Part shown: in pieces, positions 26,562 to 37,026 of the stretch
Numbering within the stretch: position 1 is the stretch's first letter
Layout: each line of letters begins with the position of its first letter
Translations under genes and position numbers: made by a program
Virus record (IMG/VR): IMGVR_UViG_3300040971_000176
Coordinates: 1-47,167 of that record
Direction: 5' to 3' (one strand)
From: a virus
Lineage: Duplodnaviria; Caudoviricetes
DNA: 47,167 nucleotides
The notes under the pieces: generated by a model
What the model saw: only the letters and a program-made list of their open reading frames with translations
Database searches by the model: none
What the model was told of the DNA's origin: nothing

Positions 26562-29500
26562 GTGACATGAATCTCTCCGTAAAGATCCAGGCCGATGCCA
26601 AACAGGCCATGGCCGAACTGAAAGCCCTCGTTGCTCAGGTCAAGATTTCAGGACGTGAAGCCACGGCTGCGGACCGGGAGGCAATCAACGCAGCTCGTGA
26701 GCGCGTCAAGGAAACGCGGGCTGCTGTGGTTGCCCAGCGCGACTGGGGCACCTTGGGGGTTCGTTCGACCAGGGCCATTAAGGAAGAGATGGACCAGGTG
26801 AATGCCGCTCTGGATCGGCTCAAGAAGTCGAGTGGATCGACGGGCACTGAACTGGCACGCGCGACCCAGGCCGCCAAGGTTAAAATGTCGGAGCTGAAGG
26901 AGGAGATGTCGGGGGCGGTCAGGATATCAGACCAGCTTAAGGATGCCTGGGGGCAGTTGGTCGGCCTGGCAGCGAGTCTGGCTGTGTTCGGCAAGGCGGC
27001 CAAGGAGGCCATCGGCTTTGAGTCCGCCCTGGTGGATCTCAGACGAGCAGCCAACGTGACCCGTGAAGAAGCCAGAGAGATGGGTAAGGAGTTCCAGGAT
27101 CTGGCTGTCGAACTTGGTATGAGCGCGGTGGGCATTACGCAGCTGGCCACGGCTGCAGCCAAGACCGGCGTGGCCAAGCGTGATCTGCTTGAGTTTTCGC
27201 GGATTGCGGCCATGGCAGCCATGAACTTTGACATGCTTCCCGAGGAAGCTGGCAACGCTCTCGCCAAGCTCAAGAACATCCTTGGCCTTGGCGTGAAGGA
27301 TATGGAAGCTTTTGTGGCCACTCTGAACGAACTGGCCGACAATGCCGCGACCAGCGAGCGGGATATCATCGAAGCTCTGAAGCTCGGCGGCGGATCCGCG
27401 ATCCAATTCGGTCTGACCGCGAAGCAGTCCGCCGCATTGGCAACGGCGTTCCTGAGCTTGGGAGCTACCTCGGAACAGGCCGGTACGGCCATGCGAACAC
27501 TGTTGGGGAAGTTACGCCTCGCGTCGTCGGGAACGGGCGAGGCTGGCAAGGCTTTGCAGCGAGTGGTCGGAGACGCCAGGAAGTTTGCCCAGGTCATTGC
27601 CGGAGATGCCAGCGGAGCGCTGCAGCAGTTCATGGCGAGGCTGCAGGAAATGCCTTCGGCCGAACGCTTCGAGATCCTGCGGGGGATTTTTCAGGAAGGC
27701 CTGGACACGGAGAATATCGCCAAGCTGGCGGGCGGCGTTGATCTGCTGAACGAAGCTATGGGCCGTGCCGCCAAGTCAGACGAAGAACTGATCGAAGGCT
27801 TGCGCGACCTGACGAACATGAAGCTCGAATCTACCGAGGCTGAGCTGAACAAGATGGGCGCGGCCTGGCGCAACGCTGGCGCAGCAGTCGGGGAGCTATT
27901 CCTGCCGATGATCAGAGCGGCTTCGGTGGCATTGGTGGCTGTTGCAGATGCCATCAGGGCCTTGATCGATGTTGCCCCGAACTTGACCAGGTTGGCCACT
28001 GTTGGCGTTATGATCGCTTTGGCCTGGGGCCCGCTCAAGTTGATATTTTCCGTTCTCGGACCGGTACTGGCAAGGCTAGGAACCGTCGCTACTGCAGCAG
28101 GGGCAACGTTTGGCACGATATTTACGGCTATGCGCGCCGGAACAGGCATTCTTGTTGCTGTCCGCGTCGCTATGGCCGGAATTGGCCGAGCAATCCTCGG
28201 TATGATGGGCCCAGTTGGATGGGCCATCACGGGGCTGACGCTCCTTTGGGACGCCTGGAACTGGTTCAAGGATGATGACGATTCGGAAAAGGCCATGGCA
28301 GAGCGTGCTGCAGCATTCGGAGACGTGGCCGAGGCACTGAAGGGCGTCGGCACTGCTGCGGACCAGGCCAAGAACCAGATCCAGCTGGCCATGCAGGAAG
28401 CAACCGCACCTATCGAAGCGCTGGTGGCGAGCTACAAGACGGCCACCGAGCAGATCAAGACGACTCTCGCGGATCGCTTATTGGCCATTGACGACGCGGC
28501 CAAGCGGGAGCTGGAGATCGTACAGACAGCAGGCCTAAGCCAGCGAGATCAGTTGCGTGAGACGGCCCGCATTACGCTGGAGTCGGAGCAGCAAAAAGTC
28601 GATGCTATCAGGACCGCCGGTGAGGATATGGAGCGCGCCTGGCAGACCACCCATGGCCGCGCCCTGGAAATAGCCCGTGCTGCAGGCATGGATGCTGTGA
28701 AGTTGGAGCAGGAAGCCACCGCCGCCAAGGTCGAGATCTATAAGCAGTTGGAAGTTGGATACCGGAAGACTGTCGACGTCCTCATTGCCGAGGAGCAACG
28801 GCACCTTAAGGCCGTGAAGGAGATCGAGGACCAGCGCCTGCTTCTGAAAATGTCCGTCGAGGATCGGATCCGCGCGTTGAAGCAAAAAACCATGTCTGAC
28901 GAGCAGGCATACACCGACCGTGTTGCGCAGATTGAGGACAAGCTGGCCAAGGCCAGGGAGGCATCTGCTAAGGGCCAATCCGACATTGCCAAGCGGTATG
29001 CAGACGAGGCCATGAGCCTGGCTGAGCGGAACGCCCAGGAAGTGGTTCGAACCGTCGAGCAAGGCGGCAAAAAGGTATCCACCACGGTGGTAACTCTGGA
29101 GCAGGCTGTAAGCACCAGCCAGACCCAGATCGAACAGGCCTTTGCCATCTTGGATGGAGACATGGCCAAGAACGCCCAACAGCGTGCGGAGATGGCCAAT
29201 GACACCAAGGCCAAGGCTGATGATGCCAAGGGCGAGTTGGAAGGGGTGCTGCAGAAGCTGCAAGAAATACGTGCCGCCCAAGAACAGAAAGTCGCACTCC
29301 AGCTGGAGGCTGATGAGGAGTCTGCCACCGCCGCTCTGGAGAAATTGAAGGCGATCGCTGAAGCACAGGCCATCATGGCCAAGGTGGATGCGGATCTGGC
29401 GGCGGCAACGGCTACCATCGGAACTTGGAAGTCTGACCCGAACAATACTGAAGTGGCGCTCAAGGCTAAAATCGCCGAAGACTCTCTCGCGGAATCTCTG

Positions 29501-30211
29501 CCTTTGCTTCAGGCTAAGATGAAAGCCGCAGGACTGCAGGTTCCGGCCGATTTGGATTTTGCCCCGGCGATGACCGCTTTTGAAAGGCTCCGGGAAATTT
29601 TAGGAAACACGACTACTACTTCAAAACATGGCGTGAAAGACAACGTCCCGGTCGTGAAGAAGGAGATTGACTCCCTGAACGGCCGCAACACGTCTTCTAC
29701 GCATACGGTCCATCGCTACACCGTCGAGCATCACGCCGGGGGCGGGTGGGCCGGAGAGGCGGTCCAGCGCCTGGCAGCTGGAGGCCGCGCTTGGAGACGT
29801 TTCACGGGCACGGTCTTTGGCCCTGGGACAAGCACGTCGGACTCGATCCGGGCCATGCTATCCAGGGATGAGTTCGTGGTGCGGGCGCGGGCGACAAGGA
29901 TCGCGTCTCAGGTGCTGCCCGGGTTTATCGAGGGGTTCAACGCCATCTCGTCCAAAGCCGATCTCCTGCGCCTGTTCAGTAGCTTTACTGGCTCAATGGC
30001 CGCTCCAACGTTGAAATTGGCCGGGGGCGGCTGGGCCTCGGCTCCGGCGGCATCGTCCATGCCAACCGCGTTCGGCGACACGATGACCTGGTTGATCCGA
30101 GCCGGCGAGACGGAAGCGTCGATCCGCGTCGTCGGCAGTGACAGCCGACGCAATCTGCATGCAATCACTGATGAGCTGACCCGAGTAGGTCTGCTGTCTG
30201 GGAAGAGGTAG
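26558..30211 (+). CDS. Tape measure protein
   Basis: 1217 aa, Ala-rich helical, TP901-type core (AIGFESALVDLRR...NELADN), TM-like segments, C-terminal GPGTSTSDSIRAMLSRDEFVV. Confidence 0.92.
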   Translation: MSDMNLSVKIQADAKQAMAELKALVAQVKISGREATAADREAINAARERVKETRAAVVAQRDWGTLGVRSTRAIKEEMDQVNAALDRLKKSSGSTGTELARATQAAKVKMSELKEEMSGAVRISDQLKDAWGQLVGLAASLAVFGKAAKEAIGFESALVDLRRAANVTREEAREMGKEFQDLAVELGMSAVGITQLATAAAKTGVAKRDLLEFSRIAAMAAMNFDMLPEEAGNALAKLKNILGLGVKDMEAFVATLNELADNAATSERDIIEALKLGGGSAIQFGLTAKQSAALATAFLSLGATSEQAGTAMRTLLGKLRLASSGTGEAGKALQRVVGDARKFAQVIAGDASGALQQFMARLQEMPSAERFEILRGIFQEGLDTENIAKLAGGVDLLNEAMGRAAKSDEELIEGLRDLTNMKLESTEAELNKMGAAWRNAGAAVGELFLPMIRAASVALVAVADAIRALIDVAPNLTRLATVGVMIALAWGPLKLIFSVLGPVLARLGTVATAAGATFGTIFTAMRAGTGILVAVRVAMAGIGRAILGMMGPVGWAITGLTLLWDAWNWFKDDDDSEKAMAERAAAFGDVAEALKGVGTAADQAKNQIQLAMQEATAPIEALVASYKTATEQIKTTLADRLLAIDDAAKRELEIVQTAGLSQRDQLRETARITLESEQQKVDAIRTAGEDMERAWQTTHGRALEIARAAGMDAVKLEQEATAAKVEIYKQLEVGYRKTVDVLIAEEQRHLKAVKEIEDQRLLLKMSVEDRIRALKQKTMSDEQAYTDRVAQIEDKLAKAREASAKGQSDIAKRYADEAMSLAERNAQEVVRTVEQGGKKVSTTVVTLEQAVSTSQTQIEQAFAILDGDMAKNAQQRAEMANDTKAKADDAKGELEGVLQKLQEIRAAQEQKVALQLEADEESATAALEKLKAIAEAQAIMAKVDADLAAATATIGTWKSDPNNTEVALKAKIAEDSLAESLPLLQAKMKAAGLQVPADLDFAPAMTAFERLREILGNTTTTSKHGVKDNVPVVKKEIDSLNGRNTSSTHTVHRYTVEHHAGGGWAGEAVQRLAAGGRAWRRFTGTVFGPGTSTSDSIRAMLSRDEFVVRARATRIASQVLPGFIEGFNAISSKADLLRLFSSFTGSMAAPTLKLAGGGWASAPAASSMPTAFGDTMTWLIRAGETEASIRVVGSDSRRNLHAITDELTRVGLLSGKR

Positions 30212-30214
30212 CCC

Positions 30215-30682
30215 ATGGCCACACGCTTTCGCCTGTACTCTACGGACATCGCTCCGACCTTGGCGCCGGATATTGCCGACCCAGCCCCGGCGCTGAACAT
30301 CTCCTGGGACCATGACCCGATTGAGAGCGGGATTCAGGAGACACCGCCAGAGGGGCGCGGATCCATCATCGAGACTGGAGACAATGGCATTGTTGTCCAT
30401 GACTTTGGCGTGCCGGACGGCGGAGGGACCTTGACCATTCAGGGCAACGCCCAGCCCGATGGCGAGTATCTAACGCCCGAGACGGTGGCTCTGTTCCGGG
30501 CCGCGTACAAGGCTGCCGATGTCGAGTATTTCCTGACTGACGGGATCCGCTGCTGGCGGGTTAGATGGAGCCGCAAACCTGCCGGGTTTAACGTCTGGAT
30601 GAATCAGTTCTGGGCCCAGCATGGTGTCTATGAGTACAGCTATGAGTTCGTGTTCATTGTCATGGCGGAGGCCCAGCTGTGA
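30215..30682 (+). CDS. Putative distal tail protein
   Basis: Size and position directly after the tape measure. Confidence 0.5.
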   Translation: MATRFRLYSTDIAPTLAPDIADPAPALNISWDHDPIESGIQETPPEGRGSIIETGDNGIVVHDFGVPDGGGTLTIQGNAQPDGEYLTPETVALFRAAYKAADVEYFLTDGIRCWRVRWSRKPAGFNVWMNQFWAQHGVYEYSYEFVFIVMAEAQL

Positions 30683-33600
30683 AGACCTGGCGCGTCATCC
30701 TGAACGGTGTCGACATCACGCAGAAAGTCGACCTGGTCGAGACAAGATTCGAAGCGGAAAATGTCTCCGGAGAGATCGAAGTATCCATTGCGGACCGCGC
30801 CGTCTTGGACGGGATTGTCCTGCCCCGGGTGCCGCAGGGTCTGTCAATCGTTGCTGACGCACTTGTCGCCGGTTCTTGGGTCAGCCGTGGATCATTTTTC
30901 CTTGAAGAGACCACTCAGCCACCGGACCTTCGCGCCCGCACGGCCACCATCTGGGGGCGCACCCAAGGCGCACGGCTGATGAAGCCATTCGCCCCGAAAA
31001 TAAGCCGCCAATGGCCAGCAGCGACAACGATCGCCGCAATACTGGAAGAGCTTGGCGCTATGTGCGGTGTGGCCATCCAAGTGCAGAACGATTTCCCGAT
31101 CTGCGCTTACTGCTACGCGGTCTCGGATTGGTACCCGAGTCAGATCATCCAGGACCTGGCCGAGAAGTCGGGCCAGATCTGCTGGCCTCAGGTCGACGGG
31201 TCGCTCCTGATCGCGCCCAGGCTGTACCGTAATCTGCCGGCTCCGGACGTGACGCTGGTCGCCAACCAAATCGATGTGCAGAGCGTCAAGCGCCAGGTTC
31301 CGGACTTTGGGAACCGGATTCTTGTGAGCGGTGATGGCGCGGTGGCCGGGCTGTCCGTCCAGGTTGTGCCCATGTACCCGGAGGACGAATGCGTGGCTGC
31401 AAACGGCAAGGACCAGGTCCGGCTGATCGCCGTCGTGCTCGGGGTTGATGGTGATTTTGTGGCTGCTGGGACATTGATCAACTGGACTGCCGGGGCCGGG
31501 TTTCTTGCGGCCCCGTCGAGCGTCACGGGATACGCGGAGATCATCGGCGAGGAGCAGCGGGCAACCGACTATTATCACGTGAATCTGGACCTCCCGGCGG
31601 CGGCCGTCATCGGCGTCTATGCGTACTCCGATATAAGGCGCAAGCGGAACCTGTACCAGACCCGCCGGGGCAGTGTGTCTGGGCGCGTCATCACATTTTT
31701 GAGTCCGCTCGACTTTTTCGACCAGGCCCTCTTGATCGACTACGAAGTCCTTGGCGCGATCAACACCTGGACTGCCGGGCGCGTTCCAGGTGACATAGTG
31801 ATCCTAGCAAGTGTTGCCGGGGCGCAAGGTCAATGCACGGTGCACCAGGGCAACCCGACCGCGTGCGCGTCGACTCTGACGCTTGAGTCTGTTCCTTCCC
31901 AAGTCTGCCTTGGCGAGCGCGCCACTATCACAGCCAAGGCCACCATGTTCGGCGGCGCTGGGTCCGGTAAAATCAGGTTCGCGTTGTCCGGTTGCGGTTC
32001 ACTGTCGTCATCCCAAAAAGTGCTGACCACCAACGCCATCACCGAGCGCGTGCGAACCACGAACTGGGGCGGCGTGACGCAGATCCGCGTGTCGGCCGTG
32101 CCTGCGTCCGGGGCGATCAATGTCTATTTGGAGTCCGCCCCTGGAAACAATCTTTACGCATCCCACAGTGGCCAGACAATCAACATGGATACAAACCTCC
32201 TGTCCGGCACCGAGGTCGTTGTTTCGTACCCAGGCGGCGGAACCACGGCAATCTCATGGATCCCGACTGCCGGGGCCGGTGATACGGTTGTGCGGGAGGC
32301 CATCCCGTGCGCCGATGACGGCCAGGGCGGGAGCACCGTCACCTTGTCATTTACGCCGACCGACATCCTCATCATCACGCAGTCTGCGACGTATTCCGTC
32401 CCGCCGGATCTGACCGGGGCCATTGCCGGGAACGTCGTGACACTGACCAGCCCCCTCCCGGCCGGGACGATCCTGTATTGTTCATACTGGGCCCCGCAGC
32501 CGCTCCTCCCAGATTGCGAAGCGACCATTGTCGCTCGGATCGACGACGGAAGCCAGGATGGCGGCATTGCTTCGATCAAAGTCACGGCCCGGGATTGTCG
32601 AGACCAGACGACAGACCCGGCCCTTCCGCCCGAAGAGACGTCTCCGGATGATCCTGTTGGCATGCCGGATCTTGATGACGATGAGGAGGGCGAAGAGGAG
32701 CCGACCGGCCTTGGGTGTGACGCAGTGTCTATTCAGGGCCGCACGCCCGCGATCACAGCCGACAATTGGGACGCTGTGTCTGGGGTCGGATCCGGCGAGG
32801 ATTGCCCAGGGCTTTGTTCGTGTGACGAGATCTGCGCGGCGCTTCGAAGCAATGGGACGCTGGCCACGGCTGGAGAGTTTTATTCAACCTGCGTGGCAAA
32901 GTGCGCGGAGGCCAGGAGCCAGAAGTGTACGCCATGCGGATTGTCCGGCCCGACGATACTTAACCCTGGCGAAACTGGTGTTTGGGTGGATGGCAAGGGC
33001 AACAGTGGTGAGGTTTCTGGCGATCTTGCTTTGGTGTCCCGTGATTTCACAGCCGGGTACACCTTGCGGATGCCAACCGGGGGACAAGGGCCTTTTGGAA
33101 TCAAAATCTGTTACGGCGAGACTGATGACTCTTGTTGCGAAGCTGAAGTCAATTTCCCTCCGTGCACCTTCTCCGGGCCATCGACGCTTAATCCCGGGGC
33201 TGAAGGCTCTTTTGTGCCAAGCCTTGGGATGGCTGGAGCCGCTGTAGCTGTAAGTGGCGACATGCTGTTTGTCAGAAACATGGCATACGACGTTGGCTTT
33301 ATCGCAAAGATGAAGGATGGAGCGTGTAATGGTGGCGTTGTTTCGGTGAGTTACAGCGGCCGCGTATGTGGGAGTATAAATGTAGAATCTACGCTCAAAG
33401 CATTTGTGGGCGTCGTGACCGGTCCGTCATGGCTTGAACCCGGGGAGATGGCGTACTTTGCGCATAACCTTGGGCCGGGTGCCGTCTACACCGGAACTTT
33501 GGTAATGGGGATGAGTGACGCTGAAGGGGCGGTGCTAGTTATGCCCAGTGGCGCGGATGGTGAGTATACGGCCTCTTGGTCAGGAGGGCCTTGTGATTCA

Positions 33601-33852
33601 GCGGCGAGTATGACTGTCGACTCTCATCAGGACCCCTGCGCGGGTGCAGTTTCTTGTGGCTCTGGCCCGTGGCCGGGCGTCGGGGCTTATGTCCTTGTTG
33701 GTGGTGGGTGTTACCGAATTGGATCGTACAGAGATTATAAGTGTAACAGTCTCGGGACTGAGGCCGGCCAGTGGGATTGTATTCTTGGCAGCTGGTTTAA
33801 TAATTATGTCGCATACCAATGCGCAGACAGATATAACATAGAGCCGGTGTAA
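30679..33852 (+). CDS. Large tail-tip/hub protein with Ig-like modules and a Cys-rich C-terminus
   Basis: Hub-like N-terminus (IIQDLAEKSG...DGSLLIAP); VAANGKDQVRL Ig-like; three (S/T)GPxxLxPG repeats; many Cys. Confidence 0.7.
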   Translation: MKTWRVILNGVDITQKVDLVETRFEAENVSGEIEVSIADRAVLDGIVLPRVPQGLSIVADALVAGSWVSRGSFFLEETTQPPDLRARTATIWGRTQGARLMKPFAPKISRQWPAATTIAAILEELGAMCGVAIQVQNDFPICAYCYAVSDWYPSQIIQDLAEKSGQICWPQVDGSLLIAPRLYRNLPAPDVTLVANQIDVQSVKRQVPDFGNRILVSGDGAVAGLSVQVVPMYPEDECVAANGKDQVRLIAVVLGVDGDFVAAGTLINWTAGAGFLAAPSSVTGYAEIIGEEQRATDYYHVNLDLPAAAVIGVYAYSDIRRKRNLYQTRRGSVSGRVITFLSPLDFFDQALLIDYEVLGAINTWTAGRVPGDIVILASVAGAQGQCTVHQGNPTACASTLTLESVPSQVCLGERATITAKATMFGGAGSGKIRFALSGCGSLSSSQKVLTTNAITERVRTTNWGGVTQIRVSAVPASGAINVYLESAPGNNLYASHSGQTINMDTNLLSGTEVVVSYPGGGTTAISWIPTAGAGDTVVREAIPCADDGQGGSTVTLSFTPTDILIITQSATYSVPPDLTGAIAGNVVTLTSPLPAGTILYCSYWAPQPLLPDCEATIVARIDDGSQDGGIASIKVTARDCRDQTTDPALPPEETSPDDPVGMPDLDDDEEGEEEPTGLGCDAVSIQGRTPAITADNWDAVSGVGSGEDCPGLCSCDEICAALRSNGTLATAGEFYSTCVAKCAEARSQKCTPCGLSGPTILNPGETGVWVDGKGNSGEVSGDLALVSRDFTAGYTLRMPTGGQGPFGIKICYGETDDSCCEAEVNFPPCTFSGPSTLNPGAEGSFVPSLGMAGAAVAVSGDMLFVRNMAYDVGFIAKMKDGACNGGVVSVSYSGRVCGSINVESTLKAFVGVVTGPSWLEPGEMAYFAHNLGPGAVYTGTLVMGMSDAEGAVLVMPSGADGEYTASWSGGPCDSAASMTVDSHQDPCAGAVSCGSGPWPGVGAYVLVGGGCYRIGSYRDYKCNSLGTEAGQWDCILGSWFNNYVAYQCADRYNIEPV

Positions 33853-33854
33853 TC

Positions 33855-34322
33855 ATGATCACAAAGATAGAAAAATTGGCGATGACGATGGCTGGCATTT
33901 CTTTCGCAGACTGCCGAGATGCGTGGATACTGCGTGCCCGTTTGGAGGCTGGCCGCGTGGCAGATGCTCGGCAATGGTTGCTTGATAACGGGCTCGAAGT
34001 TGTTGATGCGAGGCCAAATGACCTCTTGACCGCAGATGGGCGTGAAATATTCAGGTCTCATGGGAAGGCTTGGGCTCTGCTCCCAGAAATACATGCCAAA
34101 CGTAGGGCAGATGCCCTTGCGGCTGCACAAGATAAGGCCAGGGGCGCCACGGCGCGGCAAGTGCCAACACCATCCCCAGGAGAGGCATTATCATCCGTAC
34201 TGTGCCCATCATGCCACCACGAAATGGCGAAAACTCCCATTTGTCCAAACTGCAAACTCGGCAAGCAGGGGTACAGAATCATGTGCACCTGTACAGACTG
34301 TGGACAGGAGGTGCCATTATGA
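33855..34322 (+). CDS. Hypothetical protein with C-terminal Cys clusters
   Basis: CPSC...CPNC...CTCTDC. Confidence 0.65.
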   Translation: MITKIEKLAMTMAGISFADCRDAWILRARLEAGRVADARQWLLDNGLEVVDARPNDLLTADGREIFRSHGKAWALLPEIHAKRRADALAAAQDKARGATARQVPTPSPGEALSSVLCPSCHHEMAKTPICPNCKLGKQGYRIMCTCTDCGQEVPL

Positions 34323-35944
34323 TCAGAGCTTGCCGCGTAAACGCTATGGCCCAGGATGATGCGGCGATGGTTCCAGGGTGGAATATATCCCCCAATGTGG
34401 GATACTTGCTTGTTATTGTTCCTGGCGTCTCGTCCTGCGCCGTTATACTCTACAAAGATGACGGGGCTTTGGTTGCTTCCGGGGCTGCCTTGACCGGCAC
34501 CGAACAGCCTTGCGTCCTGGTCCCCCAATTTGGCCAGAACTTGGGGATGGTTGACGTGGAACTCGGCTGGCATCTCCTCGTAACGACGACCGGAACAGAG
34601 AGCCAACGCGCGATCCGAATTGGCCCTGCCGTCGATCTCCCCGACGAGATACATCCGGTTTACAGCGATGAAAATATGGCCCTGGCCCGCGCCACGGCGG
34701 CGATAGACGAGGCCGCGCACTACCGAGACGACATGGCAGTGGCATGCCCGCTCGGCCTAAACGCTACCCTTGGTGCTGTCGTGAGCGCGCCCGTGGATGG
34801 TGTGCCGTTGGTTGGGCAGGCTGAGTCAATCACATGGACAGGAACTCCGGACGGGACGAGTGAGCCGGCAGTGATCCGGCGGCATGTGGCGATTGCTCCG
34901 GATGCTTTTGTCGAGCCTGAGCCGGTTGTGCCTCCGGTCGTTGTGGATGATGTTGGAACGACGGATTCGGATACGGCAACGAGCGGCAATGTGTTGACCA
35001 ACGACGCGGCAGGGCTCGTGGTTGTTGCGGTCAATGGGCTGGCAGCAAATGTCGGCGCTGCAGTCAATGGTGACAACGGTGGGTCGTTTACGATTGCGTC
35101 GGACGGTTCGTGGATTTTTGATCCTGATGGGGATTTTGCACTGCTGGCTAGCTCCGAGACTGCCGATACCTCCGTAACGTATTATGCAAGCGACGGTACT
35201 GGCGAGGCCATGGCGACATTGACAGTGACGGTAACATCGGCAGTGGTGGTGGATACCGACCCGTATTGGGATAACGTTGCATTCCTTTCTCATTTCGACG
35301 GCGCTGTTGGGTCAAAGCCTACCGTGGATGAGAAGGGGGCGAGTATGACCGCGTATACAAATGTTGCTATCAGTGATGTTCAATCTAAATTTTCGAATAC
35401 TCTAAAATTCGACGGAACTTGTCCCTCTTATTTAGCAATCGCAAGACACAGCGGTTTTGATTTTGGATCAGGTGATTTTACTATTGAGATGCATTTGTTT
35501 CTCAATAATACGCCATCGAGTTACTACTCATTGTTTTCCACCAGCTTTTCAAACTCTCCGTGGTATGGTATTAGATTTCGAGTTGAAAGCACCCGTAAAC
35601 TATCTGTTCTTGTTTCGTATAATGGGACAACTGCTGCAGGCCAGTTTCAGACCACACTGATGGTTCCTGTTGCCTCTTGGTGTCATGTGGCATTCGTAAG
35701 AAAGGCAAGCACTTTATATTTATTTATTGATGGTCAGGTTGCTGGGACGTTGGGCGGGATTACAGGCGCTCTCTACTATTCAACGCGAGAGCCTGTCCAG
35801 GTTGGTGTTGATTTTAGCGCGCACTATACGGTTTGCTCAAGGACGTATCTTAATGGTTATATTGATGATTTGCGCGTCACACAGGGAATAGCAAGATACG
35901 ATGACGCATTTACTGTTCCGCAACTCCAGTTTCCCTCGGAATAA
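34319..35944 (+). CDS. Putative receptor-binding protein (Ig/VCBS-like plus LamG/ConA-like domain)
   Basis: GGAGG SD; SGNVLTND...DGSWIFDP...ATLTVTV; GDFTIEM, WCHVAFVR, LFIDG, LNGYIDDLRVTQGIARY. Confidence 0.8.
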   Translation: MIRACRVNAMAQDDAAMVPGWNISPNVGYLLVIVPGVSSCAVILYKDDGALVASGAALTGTEQPCVLVPQFGQNLGMVDVELGWHLLVTTTGTESQRAIRIGPAVDLPDEIHPVYSDENMALARATAAIDEAAHYRDDMAVACPLGLNATLGAVVSAPVDGVPLVGQAESITWTGTPDGTSEPAVIRRHVAIAPDAFVEPEPVVPPVVVDDVGTTDSDTATSGNVLTNDAAGLVVVAVNGLAANVGAAVNGDNGGSFTIASDGSWIFDPDGDFALLASSETADTSVTYYASDGTGEAMATLTVTVTSAVVVDTDPYWDNVAFLSHFDGAVGSKPTVDEKGASMTAYTNVAISDVQSKFSNTLKFDGTCPSYLAIARHSGFDFGSGDFTIEMHLFLNNTPSSYYSLFSTSFSNSPWYGIRFRVESTRKLSVLVSYNGTTAAGQFQTTLMVPVASWCHVAFVRKASTLYLFIDGQVAGTLGGITGALYYSTREPVQVGVDFSAHYTVCSRTYLNGYIDDLRVTQGIARYDDAFTVPQLQFPSE

Positions 35945-35953
35945 TGTGATATT

Positions 35954-36208
35954 ATGCCTATCAACCCCTCTGACATCCTACCCCGTCGTCCCGTACCCGA
36001 GATCGTTACCGGCCCCGTGATCAAGGTCGGCGTCGGCTCTGTCTCTGTGCGTATCCGACCGGATCTGGCCGTGCTTGTCTCGACGTCGACTCCCTACGCC
36101 GTAGGGCAGATGGTGTCCGTGGCGATACCCGCCGGCAATTTGTCGAGCGCGCAGATCATCGGCGGCGCGTCTGGGAGTGCGCCACGGGTGCGGTATGTGG
36201 CTGTCTAG
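35954..36208 (+). CDS. Hypothetical small beta-rich tail-region protein
   Basis: 84-aa ORF ending the late operon. Confidence 0.55.
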   Translation: MPINPSDILPRRPVPEIVTGPVIKVGVGSVSVRIRPDLAVLVSTSTPYAVGQMVSVAIPAGNLSSAQIIGGASGSAPRVRYVAV

Positions 36209-36708
36209 CGGATCTTTTCGAAGGTGAATTGCCAGTTTCCAGTGCTCGAATGGATCTCAAACCAGACCTCGTCATCCTTTGGCAGAACGACGGTGGTCTG
36301 CGTGTCGGCTTTCCCGATGCGATTGACGAGCAACTCGCTCATGCCGCGCCTGGTGTACATCCAGATCGCAAAGTGACCCTTGGCTTTGTACTCATATTCA
36401 AGGCGGTATGTCCCGGCCCTGTATCCAAACTTCTTGGTCATCTCCTCGGCGCCACGCCCAGAATAGAGCCCGCGCGACCTGCGCCACTCTATGCCACTCA
36501 GATCAAAATTGTCTTCGGGCTCGACGTGTTTTTGCGGAGTTGTGGGTCTGGCCACTGGAGTTTCGATGACTTCGACAAGTGGCTTGGGTGCGTTCGGGTC
36601 GTCGACGGAGGACACTATGGGGTCTTTCTGGCCAGGCGCGTACATCTTCCAGCCAGCGTTGGCGCTGGTTGAGGCAAGGATTAAAGCGAGGAGGATGATT
36701 TTTCTCAT
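36205..36708 (-). CDS. Secreted/periplasmic moron protein
   Basis: AAGGAG SD; signal peptide MRKIILLALILASTSANA; antisense to the late operon. Confidence 0.75.
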   Translation of the reverse strand: MRKIILLALILASTSANAGWKMYAPGQKDPIVSSVDDPNAPKPLVEVIETPVARPTTPQKHVEPEDNFDLSGIEWRRSRGLYSGRGAEEMTKKFGYRAGTYRLEYEYKAKGHFAIWMYTRRGMSELLVNRIGKADTQTTVVLPKDDEVWFEIHSSTGNWQFTFEKIR

Positions 36709-36872
36709 TTTTTGCTCCTTAGCGGATGCCCACAGACGCAGCACTTGTCTGCAGATGGATCTTGATGCGCCATACACCTTGGGCAAGCTGTTGGTCGCTT
36801 GTGAGTTTTCCAGACACAAGTTCCAGAGCAGGATGTCACTGCCAGCGCGATAAAGGCCTTAATCAAGTTCAC
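36705..36872 (-). CDS. 55-aa hydrophobic-N-terminus zinc-ribbon protein (not in ORF track)
   Basis: AGGAG SD + GTG; MNLIKAFIALAVTSC...CPRC...CCVCGHPL; ATGA overlap with the next gene. Confidence 0.55.
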   Translation of the reverse strand: MNLIKAFIALAVTSCSGTCVWKTHKRPTACPRCMAHQDPSADKCCVCGHPLRSKK

Positions 36873-37026
36873 TGCCGTCTCCTATTATTTTTCGCGCGCC
36901 TAGCATGGATTGAACGCCTGGTCAGCAAGAAATATTGTCAGACAGAGATCTTTTTGAATGTTGGATAATTGGGGGCGTTAGACAAGGGGTGTGAATTCGG
37001 TATTTTTACGCGGTTTTTGGGAGGGG

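Noticed and set aside
2882-33819. Numerous long antisense and alternate-frame ORFs (e.g. 3264-4064, 15208-16161, 21690-22625, 26635-27633)
   Set aside because: Shadow ORFs of GC-rich genes that have clear family motifs on the + strand
33400-35944. Diversity-generating retroelement or invertible tail-fibre segment
   Set aside because: No reverse transcriptase, no TR/VR pair, and no invertase or flanking inverted repeats seen
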